A DNA stretch of 32,109 bases, from NCBI GenBank assembly GCA_043809315.1, contig JAZDDX010000008.1, positions 1 to 32,109 on the forward strand, given 5' to 3'. The stretch is from Pseudomonadota bacterium. Lineage in GTDB: Bacteria > Bdellovibrionota_G > JALEGL01 > DATDPG01. A model generated the notes under the pieces. It saw only the letters and a program-made list of their open reading frames with translations, did not search any database and was not told where the DNA came from. The translations under genes were made by a program, and so were the position numbers. Below are positions 1 to 10,900 of the stretch, in pieces; position 1 is the first letter of the stretch; every line of letters starts with the position of its first letter.

Positions 1-55
1 AAACCCCCCGCGCCCCGTCCACCTTGCCTTGCTGGTTGCTCGGTAAGCTGTTGAG

Positions 56-1210
56 TTAGTGGCTGTTATAGGCTTGCACGGCCAGATCGATCGCCGCAGA
101 AGAATACCGGAAACGCGGGAAGGTGGGGTTCGTGTCCGTTGCTGTCCTTAGGCCGTGGCGATTGGACGTGGTCGATGTGGACTTCGTACACGAGAACAGT
201 CCCGTGTCTGAGTCCTTAGGGCAGCTGTACATGTCCGGCAACGCGTCGATCATGACCGAGGCGCCAAAAACATAGCTTTGTCCCTTTGCCACGTAGGTTG
301 TCGTGCTGAAGAGATTTACAGAACTACCGGGCCCTCGAACGATCACGATTCCGTTGAAACGGAAGTTTCGATTGAACTGAACCTGGGCGTCTTGAATGAG
401 GAGGATCCCCCAACCTTCCAAAGCGTCGTTATAGCCGGAGGAATTGAAACTGATCACTCCACCCGTACTCGGCGCATTGATCACGACGATGGCGGGATTG
501 CTCCGGTCTCCAAATCCTGCGGCTCCGCGGACAGCACCGTAGGTGTAGCTTGTCTGCCCGTCTAGGGGGAATGAAGCGGTGGCCTTCCCAGCAACGGAGT
601 CGGCGAACGCGGTCCAGAGTGCTGGATCGACTCCCTCACCTGCGCTCAGCCCCTTCATTGAAGCACGATTGTTTGCCAAATCGACCAGTTTTCCTCGCGG
701 CACAGCTTTCAGATTTGCGCTGGACCATCCCGACTCGTTCTGATGGATGAAGACGGTTGCTCCCGTATTCCAAACCAGACCCCATACTCCGGTCGTTTCA
801 GTGCCCGCCGGCCCGCTATCAGGGCATCCCCACGACTCGGCGCTGACGAAGAATGAAGAACAATCCGGGATAGGAACGTCGTAACCGTCGATGGCATACG
901 GTTTTGACAGATTGCTGGAGTCACAGGTCGCAGAAGTGTTTCCATCCACACAACCGGCCATCTGGAGATTCGCGACCGGAATCGCACTGCACGAAGCGGC
1001 GTTAGAGCAGATCACCGTCATCGCCCCCTTGATCTCTGGAATCGTGGCGACAGGATTAAACGGCGTCGCGGTCGGCGTCGCGGTCGGACCCCCAGGGGTC
1101 GCGGTCGGCGTGAGGGCAGTCTTCTCCTCGGGTGGCGGGGAAAAACTGGCCCCCTGACACGCGGCTAACGTGATCGCAAGTAAGGTCGTTATGGCAAGGC
1201 GGTTCGTCAT
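56..1210 (-). CDS. Uncharacterised lipoprotein with Pro/Thr linker and PilX-C-terminal-like beta-rich domain
   Basis: Lipobox LAAC after a short hydrophobic signal; TPTATPGGPTATPTATP linker; paired Cys; EGWGILLIQDAQVQFNRNFRFNGIVIVRG...YSSAAI resembles C-terminal domains of PilX-like minor pilins (recognised by eye). Confidence 0.75.
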   Translation of the reverse strand: MTNRLAITTLLAITLAACQGASFSPPPEEKTALTPTATPGGPTATPTATPFNPVATIPEIKGAMTVICSNAASCSAIPVANLQMAGCVDGNTSATCDSSNLSKPYAIDGYDVPIPDCSSFFVSAESWGCPDSGPAGTETTGVWGLVWNTGATVFIHQNESGWSSANLKAVPRGKLVDLANNRASMKGLSAGEGVDPALWTAFADSVAGKATASFPLDGQTSYTYGAVRGAAGFGDRSNPAIVVINAPSTGGVISFNSSGYNDALEGWGILLIQDAQVQFNRNFRFNGIVIVRGPGSSVNLFSTTTYVAKGQSYVFGASVMIDALPDMYSCPKDSDTGLFSCTKSTSTTSNRHGLRTATDTNPTFPRFRYSSAAIDLAVQAYNSH

Positions 1211-1349
1211 ACGACCCCATTATCGCAAGGAGCATGCCCGAAACCTAACAATGTAAGTGGTTGGTTTGGTTACACTCTCCACTTCAACCAAAGTTCCAGA
1301 GTGGAAACTTTAGATCCGGGTGCCGAGAACGTGCTCAAAGCAACGTTCG

Positions 1350-1378
1350 TTGATCAAACCGGAAAAACCCCCTACATT
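1350..1378 (+). promoter_or_regulatory. Putative sigma70-type promoter of the thrS operon
   Basis: TTGATC (1350-1355), 17 bp, TACATT (1373-1378); the thrS GTG follows 11 nt later. Confidence 0.55.
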
Positions 1379-1389
1379 GCCACTCCATT

Positions 1390-3305
<1,916 letters not shown>

Positions 3306-3312
<7 letters not shown>

Positions 3313-3833
3313 GAGAAACGACGAGGGGATTGCGTGTAAACCGAATGATCCGCGTGCCTCGTGTGCGCGTGATCGGGCCTGATGGAAAACAATTGGGGAT
3401 CTTGGATACCCCGGTGGCGCTTCGGACGGCTTGGGAGGAATACAATTCGGACCTGATTGAGATTTCGCCGACCGCGGACCCCCCGGTCTGCCGGATCATG
3501 GATTTCGGAAAATTTAAGTACCAGCTGAAGAAGAAAAACCAGGAGGCCAAGAAGAACCAGAGCGTCATCATCGTCAAAGAGATCAAGTTGCGCCCTTCGA
3601 CTGACCGGCACGATTTCGACTTCAAGGTGAAGCATATCGAGCGGTTTCTCCAGGAAGGGAACAAGACGAAGGTCACGATCCGGTTCCGCGGGCGGGAGCT
3701 GGTCCACACCGACCTCGGGAGGGTGATGCTCGATCGGATCTCGCAGGTGCTCGGGGATCGGGCGGTGATCGAGCAGTCCGCCAAGCTGGAAGGGCGGAAC
3801 ATGACGATGGTTCTCGGCCCCAAGGGGAAGTAG
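3306..3833 (+). CDS. infC: Translation initiation factor IF-3
   Basis: PPVCRIMDFGKFKY, KEIKLRP, IRFRGRE; canonical position after thrS. Start is GTG at 3306 or 3309. Confidence 0.97.
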
Positions 3834-3845
3834 GAAAGGGAAGTT

Positions 3846-4055
3846 ATGCCGAAGATGAAGACAAGACGAGGAGCGGCGAAACGTGTCCGCGTGACCCAAT
3901 CGGGAAAGATCAAGTTCAAGAAAGCGATGGGGAGGCACATCCTGACTGGTAAGTCTCCCGGCAACAAACGGAGGATCGGGGCGGCGGGCTACATGTCGCC
4001 AGGCGACAGAGCCAAGACCGCGAGATGCCTCCCGTACATCCAGAAAGGACTTTGA
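3846..4055 (+). CDS. rpmI: 50S ribosomal protein L35
   Basis: MPKMKTRRGAAKR...GKIK...HILT; synteny. Confidence 0.97.
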   Translation: MPKMKTRRGAAKRVRVTQSGKIKFKKAMGRHILTGKSPGNKRRIGAAGYMSPGDRAKTARCLPYIQKGL

Positions 4056-4058
4056 GGT

Positions 4059-4412
4059 ATGGCCCGGGTCAAACGAGGGACGAAAGCGCGCACGAGGCGC
4101 AAGCGCACGATGAAGCTGGCGGAAGGGTTCCGCGGCCGCCGGAAGAACAATTTCACGCTCGCGACGGTCGCCGTCGACAAGGCCCTTCAGTACGCCTTCG
4201 TCGGACGGAAACAACGGAAGCGGAACTTCCGCCGTCTCTGGGTGGAGCGGGTCAGCGCGGCCTCTCGGGCTTGCGGCGTGACCTACAGCAAGCTCATTCC
4301 GATGCTCAAGAAGGCGGGGATCGAGATCGATCGCAAGATTCTGGCTGAAATCGCGGTTGCCGATCCGAAGGGGTTTGAAAAGATCATCGCAACGGCGAAA
4401 GCTGCCGTGTGA
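4059..4412 (+). CDS. rplT: 50S ribosomal protein L20
   Basis: MARVKRG, GRKQRKRNFRRLW, IDRKILAEIA. Confidence 0.98.
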   Translation: MARVKRGTKARTRRKRTMKLAEGFRGRRKNNFTLATVAVDKALQYAFVGRKQRKRNFRRLWVERVSAASRACGVTYSKLIPMLKKAGIEIDRKILAEIAVADPKGFEKIIATAKAAV

Positions 4413-5428
4413 CGGATCCTCTAGCGAAGATCGAAAAGTCGTTTCGAGCCTCGCTCGAAGAGGCGCAGGACCTCGAATCCCTCTCTCAACTCCGCGTCGC
4501 CGTTCTCGGTAAAAAAGGGACCCTCACACTTTCACTCCGCTCCGTCGGCGAACTCCCTCCGGCGGAACGCCCGGCGTTCGGTCAGCGTGTGAATACGCTC
4601 CGGGCTGCGTTGGAGGAGGAGCTTTCGCGAACAGAAATGGACCTCCAGGCCATCTCCGAATCCCGGAGCGTGGAGAAGGAAAAAATCGACGTCACGCTGC
4701 CAGGACGTCGGCCAGAGTTTGGATCTCTTCACCCTTTGACTTTGATCGAGCGGAGGATCATCGCGATCTTCAAGTCTCTCGGGTTTTCGGTTGCGGAAGG
4801 TCCGGAAATCGAAACCGACTACTATAATTTCGAAGCACTCAATTTTCCGCCGGAACACCCGGCCCGCGACATGCAGGACACCTTCTTCCTGGAGGACGGT
4901 CTCCTTCTCCGCACGCATACCTCCCCGGTCCAGATCCGGACGATGGAGGTTACGGAGCCCCCGGTCCGGATCGTGATCCCGGGAAGGGTTTACCGTCACG
5001 ATTCGGATACCACGCACTCTCCGGTGTTTCACCAGGTCGAGGGGCTGGCGGTGGGACCCGACGTCACGTTCGGTCACCTCAAAGGGACGCTCGAGGCTTT
5101 CATCCACTTGATGTTCGGTGAGAAGGCGCAGACCCGTTTTCGCCCGAGTTTCTTCCCGTTCACTGAGCCGAGCGCCGAGCTCGATGTCATGGGGCCGCGC
5201 GGTTGGATGGAGATCTTGGGATGCGGGATGGTCGACCCGAACGTCTATCAGGCGGTCGGGAACGCCTGGAGAGCGAGGGGACTTGAGAACCCGTACGATC
5301 CGGCGAAAGTCTCCGGGTATGCGTTCGGGATGGGGATCGAGCGGATCGCGATGATCGTTTATGGGATCACCGACATTCGTCTCTTCTACGAGAACGATGT
5401 GAGGTTCCTCCGTCAATTCAAGAGCTGA
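4409..5428 (+). CDS. pheS: Phenylalanine--tRNA ligase alpha subunit
   Basis: HPARDMQDTF, LLRTHTSPVQIR, FRPSFFPFTEPS, AFGMGIER; GTGA overlap with rplT. Confidence 0.99.
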   Translation: MTDPLAKIEKSFRASLEEAQDLESLSQLRVAVLGKKGTLTLSLRSVGELPPAERPAFGQRVNTLRAALEEELSRTEMDLQAISESRSVEKEKIDVTLPGRRPEFGSLHPLTLIERRIIAIFKSLGFSVAEGPEIETDYYNFEALNFPPEHPARDMQDTFFLEDGLLLRTHTSPVQIRTMEVTEPPVRIVIPGRVYRHDSDTTHSPVFHQVEGLAVGPDVTFGHLKGTLEAFIHLMFGEKAQTRFRPSFFPFTEPSAELDVMGPRGWMEILGCGMVDPNVYQAVGNAWRARGLENPYDPAKVSGYAFGMGIERIAMIVYGITDIRLFYENDVRFLRQFKS

Positions 5429-5431
5429 GCC

Positions 5432-7807
5432 ATGAAGATCCTTCTCAAATGGTTGCATGAGTTCCTTCCGACCCAGCCTTCGGCTTCGGATGTGGCGAAT
5501 GCGCTCACGTCGGTGGGGCTGGAGGTCTCGAGCGTCAAGTACCTGGCGGAAGGGTTCGAGAAGGTGATCGTTGCCAAGATCGTCGAGGCGCAAAAACATC
5601 CGAACGCCGACCGGCTGACGGTCTGTCAAGTGACCGACGGGGGGACGACGCACGAGATCGTCTGCGGGGCGTCGAACTTCAAAGTCGGGGACCGCGTGGC
5701 GCTTGCCCAGATCGGGGCGAAGCTTCCGAACGGTCTCGCGATCAAAGCTTCGAAGATCCGCGGCGTCGCTTCGGCCGGGATGCTCTGCTCCGAGGCGGAG
5801 CTTTTGTTTTCGACCGATTCCGAAGGGATCCTGATCCTTCCGGCGGATGCACCTCTGGGAAAACCGCTTGCGGAGGTCCTGGGGCGGGACGACTGGCTCT
5901 TGGAACTCGAGTTGACGCCGAATCGCGGGGATTGTCTCAGCATCACAGGGATCGCGCGCGAAGTTGCGGCAGCTCTAAACCTGCCGCCGAAGGCGCCGTC
6001 GAACCTCGGAGAGGGGCCCGCGGATACGACGCTTAAAGCCGAGGTTCTCGAGCCGGAGGGGAGCGGTCGGTACGTTCTCCGTGCCCTCGAATCGGTCAAG
6101 GTCGGCGACTCCCCTTCGTGGATGCGCCAGCGTCTCGAAGTTTGCGGGGTCCGGTCGATCACGAACGTCGTCGACGTCACGAACTACGTGACGCTGGAGC
6201 GGGGGCAACCGTTGCACGCTTTCGACCGGGAAAAGATCGTCGGGACAATCCGCGTCCGCCGGGCGGAGGAGGGGGAAAAGATCGCCTGCCTCGACGGCGT
6301 CGAGCGGAGCCTCAAACCGACCGATCTCGTGATCGCCGACGACCACGGTCCGGTCGCGATCGCGGGGGTCATAGGAGGTGCGAGGAGCGCAGTCTCCGCG
6401 GAGACGAAGTCGGTACTCCTCGAGAGCGCCCACTTCCACCCGAAGAGCGTCCGCTTGACCGCCAAGCGTTTGAACCTTCACACGGAGTCGTCGCATCGCT
6501 TCGAACGCTGGGTCGATCCGGCTTCGGTCTGGGCGAACTCCGAGCGTGCCGTCGAACTCCTGTCGAAGACGGCGGGGGCCAGAGCTTCCGGGGGGATCGA
6601 CGTTCGGGCCAAGAAGTACACGCCAACGAAGCTCAGACTCTACCAACGGGAGATCACCCGGATCCTGGGGATCGATCTCAAGAACGCCGGGGAATGTCTT
6701 GCCCGTCTCGGGTTCGCGGTCGAGAAACATGATCAGGATTGGGGGGTCGAGGTTCCGACCCGTCGCCCCGATCTCGAGCGCGAGATCGACCTGATCGAGG
6801 AAGTGGCGCGGATCCACGGATTCGACAAGATCCCCTCGTCGCTGACTCCGATCGACCGGGCGCCGATCGGTAATCGCGTGTACGACGGGATCGAAGCGAT
6901 CCGCGACTTCTGCCGCGCAGCCGGGTTCCAGGAGACCTGCGGCTACAGCTTCGCGGACGAGACCGAATTGGCCTCGTTCGCTTCCCCCGAGCTGGGGAAG
7001 CCGGTTCTTCTCTCGAACCCGTTGGTTTCCGAAATGACCCGGATGAGACAATCCCTTCTCCCGGCGTTGTTGCGGGTCTGGCTGACGAACCGGAATCGGC
7101 AGGCCAAGGGGGTCCGCCTCTTCGAGGTCGGGACTGTTTACGGCAAGGGAGATTCGACGAACGAAACTCCCGCCAAGGAAGATCGGCGCCTGGCGGTTCT
7201 TTGGGGAGGGGATTCTCTCTCCGGAAGCTGGCAGAAAAAGTCTGGGCCTGTCGATTTCTTCGATGCCAAGGGATTCGTCGAGGGGCTGGCGGAACAGATC
7301 GGGATCCGGCCGATTTCATTCCGGCTCGGCGATCTCCCGTCCTATTTTCATCCGGGGCAATCGGCGCGGATCTTCTGGCGCGATCGGGCGGTGGGAACGG
7401 TCGGGAAACTCCACCCGCGTCTCGTCCGGGAACTTGATGTCGGTGAAACGGCGATCCTGGAACTGAACCTCGCCCCCTTCCTCCTGTCGATTCTTGAAAC
7501 GGAGCGTTTCAAGCCGTACTCGCAATTCCCGGTGGTGGTGCGCGATCTGTCGGTGGTCTTGAAATCGGACGTCGCGTGGGGGGATGTAGAGAGCCAAATT
7601 CAGAAACTCAAAGAGCCGCTTCTCAAAGGTTTGGAGTTGTTCGATCTGTACGAAGGGAAGGGGATCCCGGAGGGGTCGCGCAGCCTCGCCTTCTCGCTCT
7701 ATTACGGATCGGACGAGCGGACATTGACCGACGCCGAGGTCGATGCGGCGGTGGCCAAGGTGGTTTCGCAACTGGATGCCACCTTCGGGGCGAAGTTACG
7801 ATCCTAG
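5432..7807 (+). CDS. pheT: Phenylalanine--tRNA ligase beta subunit
   Basis: HPNADRL, IVCGA, TPNRGDCLS, GQPLHAFD, RPDLEREIDLIEEVAR, C-terminal FDX-ACB domain. Confidence 0.99.
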   Translation: MKILLKWLHEFLPTQPSASDVANALTSVGLEVSSVKYLAEGFEKVIVAKIVEAQKHPNADRLTVCQVTDGGTTHEIVCGASNFKVGDRVALAQIGAKLPNGLAIKASKIRGVASAGMLCSEAELLFSTDSEGILILPADAPLGKPLAEVLGRDDWLLELELTPNRGDCLSITGIAREVAAALNLPPKAPSNLGEGPADTTLKAEVLEPEGSGRYVLRALESVKVGDSPSWMRQRLEVCGVRSITNVVDVTNYVTLERGQPLHAFDREKIVGTIRVRRAEEGEKIACLDGVERSLKPTDLVIADDHGPVAIAGVIGGARSAVSAETKSVLLESAHFHPKSVRLTAKRLNLHTESSHRFERWVDPASVWANSERAVELLSKTAGARASGGIDVRAKKYTPTKLRLYQREITRILGIDLKNAGECLARLGFAVEKHDQDWGVEVPTRRPDLEREIDLIEEVARIHGFDKIPSSLTPIDRAPIGNRVYDGIEAIRDFCRAAGFQETCGYSFADETELASFASPELGKPVLLSNPLVSEMTRMRQSLLPALLRVWLTNRNRQAKGVRLFEVGTVYGKGDSTNETPAKEDRRLAVLWGGDSLSGSWQKKSGPVDFFDAKGFVEGLAEQIGIRPISFRLGDLPSYFHPGQSARIFWRDRAVGTVGKLHPRLVRELDVGETAILELNLAPFLLSILETERFKPYSQFPVVVRDLSVVLKSDVAWGDVESQIQKLKEPLLKGLELFDLYEGKGIPEGSRSLAFSLYYGSDERTLTDAEVDAAVAKVVSQLDATFGAKLRS

Positions 7808-7814
7808 TTTTCGG

Positions 7815-7844
7815 TTGACATGCGGAATTCCGTTGAAGTAGCAT
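7815..7844 (+). promoter_or_regulatory. Putative promoter of the MerR-type gene with a palindrome in the spacer
   Basis: TTGACA (7815-7820), 18 bp, TAGCAT (7839-7844); perfect dyad CGGAATTCCG at 7823-7832. Confidence 0.55.
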
Positions 7845-7877
7845 CTCACAAGTCAAACGTAAGCTGTTAAAATTACA

Positions 7878-8273
7878 ATGAAAAAACCAATTTCCGAAAA
7901 GATGTTTTACAAGATCGGCGAGGTCGCGGAAATGACCGGCCTCGAGCCGTACGTCTTGCGGTATTGGGAGGGTGAGTTCGGTCTCAAGCTCACGAAATCG
8001 AAGAACCACCAGCGGCTGTACCAGAGGAAGGATATCGACCAGATCGTTCGGATCCGGATCCTTCTCTACGAGGAGAAGTTCACGATCGCCGGGGCGAAGA
8101 AGAAGCTTCGCGGGAAGAGGCCGGAGAAGGTGGAGGGGCAGCAACAGCTTACGTTGGCTCTCCCCAACCGCGGCCTGGAATCGAAGGTGCTCAAGGAAAC
8201 CCTCCGGAAGGTCCGAAGCGAGCTGGAATCGATGGTGGAGATCTTGAGCACCCCGTCGTCCGGGCACGCTTGA
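7878..8273 (+). CDS. MerR-family HTH regulator (type normally found after ihfA)
   Basis: FYKIGEVAEMTGLEPYVLRYWEGEF...RLY...LLYEEKFTIAGAKKKL; short, with no effector domain. Confidence 0.92.
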   Translation: MKKPISEKMFYKIGEVAEMTGLEPYVLRYWEGEFGLKLTKSKNHQRLYQRKDIDQIVRIRILLYEEKFTIAGAKKKLRGKRPEKVEGQQQLTLALPNRGLESKVLKETLRKVRSELESMVEILSTPSSGHA

Positions 8274-8299
8274 CGTCGACCGACGTTCTTTTCTATAAT
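8270..8299 (+). promoter_or_regulatory. Near-consensus sigma70 promoter upstream of the isc operon (P1)
   Basis: TTGACG (8270-8275), 18 bp, TATAAT (8294-8299). Confidence 0.6.
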
Positions 8300-8313
8300 G
8301 ATAGGTGGTTGAG

Positions 8314-8340
8314 AACCTCTTGAATTATTGAGGTTTTTTT
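8314..8340 (+). terminator. Possible weak intrinsic terminator or attenuator
   Basis: AACCTC-10 nt-GAGGTT followed by a T run. Confidence 0.4.
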
Positions 8341-8341
8341 G

Positions 8342-8370
8342 TTGACATAATAGTCACCTAAGTATATCTA
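8342..8370 (+). promoter_or_regulatory. Putative isc promoter P2 with an Rrf2/IscR-like dyad
   Basis: TTGACA (8342-8347), 17 bp, TATCTA (8365-8370); inverted repeat TGAC-ATAATA-GTCA at 8343-8356. Confidence 0.5.
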
Positions 8371-8398
8371 CCATTCTGGTTATTAGGGGTTAAGGAAG

Positions 8399-9613
8399 AT
8401 GAAACTCCCGATCTACATGGACAACCACGCGACAACGCCGTGCGACCCGCGCGTCTTCGCGAAGATGGCCCCCTATTTCACGGAAACATTCGGAAATGCC
8501 GCCAGCCGCAACCACGTTTTCGGATGGACCGCCGAAGAGGCGGTCGAGAAGGCGCGTGGTCAAGTGGCGAAGCTGATCGGCGCGAACCCCAAAGAGATCA
8601 TCTTCACGAGCGGGGCCACCGAATCGGACAACGAGGCGATCCTGGGGGTCGCCCGGATGTACCGGGAAAAGGGGAACCACATCATTTCGTGCCCGACCGA
8701 GCACAAAGCGGTGATCGATTCCTTGAAGTTTCTCGAGACCGAGGGTTTCGACGTCACCTGGGTTGCCGTAGACAAGTACGGACGCGTTGATCCGGAGAGC
8801 GTCCGGAACGCGATCACGGAGAAGACGATCCTGATTACGATCATGACGGCGAACAACGAAATCGGGACGATCCACCCGATCGCTGAGATCGGGAAGATCG
8901 CCAAGGAGAAGGGGGTTCTCTTCCACACCGACGCGGTTCAAGCGGTCGGGAAGGTTCCGTTCGACGTCAACGAAATGGGGGTCGACCTCGTTTCGATGAG
9001 TGCCCACAAAATTTACGGCCCAAAAGGGGTCGGGGCTCTGTACGTCCGGCGCAAGAACCCGCGCGTACGCCTCGCTCCGATCATCCACGGGGGCGGCCAC
9101 GAGCGCGGAATGCGCTCGGGTACCCTCAACGTCACGGGAATCGTCGGGTTCGGAGAGGCGTGCGAGATTGCTCTTCGCGAGATGGCGACGGAATCCGTTC
9201 GGCTCCGGGGAATGCGGGATCGCCTCCAAGCGTTGATCGAGAAGGAGCTTCCGCAGGTATATCTGAACGGCCATCCGACGGAACGTCTCCCGAACAACCT
9301 CAACTTGAGCTTTGCTTACGTCGAAGGGGAATCGCTTCTCATGGGGATGAAGGAGATCGCGCTCTCCTCGGGGTCGGCCTGCACGTCGGCGAGCCTCGAA
9401 CCGTCGTACGTTTTGAAGGCGATCGGCGTCGGAGAGGATCTGGCACACACGTCGATCCGCTTCGGTCTCGGACGTTTCACGACCGACGAGGAGATCGATT
9501 ATGTGGCCAAGACGGTAGTGAAGAGCGTCAGACGATTGCGGGAAATCTCCCCTCTCTGGGAGATGGCCCAGGAAGGGGTCGACCTGAAGAGCATCGCGTG
9601 GTCGGCGCATTGA
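8399..9613 (+). CDS. iscS: Cysteine desulfurase IscS
   Basis: [29 protein letters not shown] (PLP Lys), SSGSACTS (catalytic Cys), SPLWEM tail. Confidence 0.98.
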   Translation: MKLPIYMDNHATTPCDPRVFAKMAPYFTETFGNAASRNHVFGWTAEEAVEKARGQVAKLIGANPKEIIFTSGATESDNEAILGVARMYREKGNHIISCPTEHKAVIDSLKFLETEGFDVTWVAVDKYGRVDPESVRNAITEKTILITIMTANNEIGTIHPIAEIGKIAKEKGVLFHTDAVQAVGKVPFDVNEMGVDLVSMSAHKIYGPKGVGALYVRRKNPRVRLAPIIHGGGHERGMRSGTLNVTGIVGFGEACEIALREMATESVRLRGMRDRLQALIEKELPQVYLNGHPTERLPNNLNLSFAYVEGESLLMGMKEIALSSGSACTSASLEPSYVLKAIGVGEDLAHTSIRFGLGRFTTDEEIDYVAKTVVKSVRRLREISPLWEMAQEGVDLKSIAWSAH

Positions 9614-9629
9614 GAGGAAGGTAGGGACC

Positions 9630-10016
9630 GTGGCGTACAGCAACAAGGTTGTGGATCATTACGAGAACCCGAAGAACGTGGGGAGCATGGACAAGAGCCT
9701 TCCGACCGTCGGGACGGGGGTCGTCGGAGCCCCGGAGTGCGGCGACGTGATGAAGCTTCAGATTCTGGTCAACAAGGACACGAACGTCATCGAGGACGCG
9801 AAGTTCAAGACGTTCGGGTGCGGGAGCGCGATCGCGAGCTCTTCCCTGGCCACCGAGTGGATCAAGGGGAAGACGACCGACGAGGCACTCGCGATCAAAA
9901 ACACCGACATCGTCTCGGAACTTTCGCTCCCGCCGGTGAAGATCCACTGCTCGGTGTTGGCCGAGGACGCCATCAAGGCGGCCATCAAGAACTACGTCGA
10001 AAAGAAAGGGAGTTGA
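9630..10016 (+). CDS. iscU: Fe-S scaffold protein IscU
   Basis: APECGDVM, FKTFGCGSAIAS, LPPVKIHCS. Confidence 0.98.
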   Translation: MAYSNKVVDHYENPKNVGSMDKSLPTVGTGVVGAPECGDVMKLQILVNKDTNVIEDAKFKTFGCGSAIASSSLATEWIKGKTTDEALAIKNTDIVSELSLPPVKIHCSVLAEDAIKAAIKNYVEKKGS

Positions 10017-10019
10017 GGA

Positions 10020-10343
10020 ATGATCACGATCACGGAGAACGCCGTCAAGGCGATCAAGAGACTTCAGAGTCAGCAGAACAAACCGAACATGGCCGTCCGC
10101 CTCGGCGTCACGGGGGGGGGCTGCTCGGGGCTCACCTACAAGGTCGACCTGGCCGACGAGCCGGCGGAGAAGGATCGCGTCTTCGAAAAAGACGGCGTCC
10201 GAGTCTTCGTCGATCCCAAGAGCTATCTGTATCTCGCTGGCGTCGAGCTTGACTACGAAGAGAGCCTGACGCAGAGCGGCTTCCGGTTCAATAACCCGAA
10301 CGCGAAGTCGGCATGCGGGTGCGGAACATCGTTCGCGGTCTAG
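10020..10343 (+). CDS. iscA: A-type Fe-S carrier IscA
   Basis: GGGCSG, NPNAKSACGCGTSF. Confidence 0.96.
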   Translation: MITITENAVKAIKRLQSQQNKPNMAVRLGVTGGGCSGLTYKVDLADEPAEKDRVFEKDGVRVFVDPKSYLYLAGVELDYEESLTQSGFRFNNPNAKSACGCGTSFAV

Positions 10344-10351
10344 TTCCCGAA

Positions 10352-10900
10352 ATGGATCACTTCGACGTCCTTGGCCTTCCGGGACCTTTTCTTCGGATCG
10401 ATCTCGAACGTCTCGAGGAGACATTTTACGCAAAAATTCGCCTTCTCCATCCGGATCGTTTTCAACTGAAAGAACCGCTGGAACTTGAGATTAGCCTCGC
10501 GCGCTCGGCCGAACTCAACGAAGCGTATCGGACGCTCAAAGACAAGAAGGCGCGGGTGAAGTACGTCCTCGATCGGTTCGGGGGGGGGGCCGGGGACCCG
10601 AAAAACGTCCCCTCGGAACTCGCGGAGCTCTATTTCGACCTTCAAGATCTTCTCGGAGAGCCTGGACAGACAGCCCGCCTGTCGGAACTTCGCCGAGAGC
10701 TTGAAACGAGGCAGCAGGAGCTGGAACGGAAGCTGAACGAGGAATCCGCGGCATGGGATGCGGCGTGGAGAGAAGGATCCGCTCCGAAGAAAGAAGAGGC
10801 ACTCGGACGCCTGCGGGACCTCCTCCATCAGGGGAATTACGCCTCGTCGATGCTTCGGGACATAGCAAAGCGGGTGGGAGAAGGAACGGAGCAAGTATGA
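10352..10900 (+). CDS. hscB: Fe-S co-chaperone HscB
   Basis: MDHFDVLGL...HPDRF J-domain, LNEAYRTL; start moved to the ATG at 10352, after the iscA stop. Confidence 0.9.
   Translation: MDHFDVLGLPGPFLRIDLERLEETFYAKIRLLHPDRFQLKEPLELEISLARSAELNEAYRTLKDKKARVKYVLDRFGGGAGDPKNVPSELAELYFDLQDLLGEPGQTARLSELRRELETRQQELERKLNEESAAWDAAWREGSAPKKEEALGRLRDLLHQGNYASSMLRDIAKRVGEGTEQV

Noticed and set aside
1061..1112. Short GTCGCGGTCGG repeats
   Set aside because: They simply encode the TATP linker.
10753..10896. Longer ORF starts for hscA (and likewise hscB, rmlB, rmlD and the GT4)
   Set aside because: The extensions overlap upstream genes and precede the conserved N-termini.
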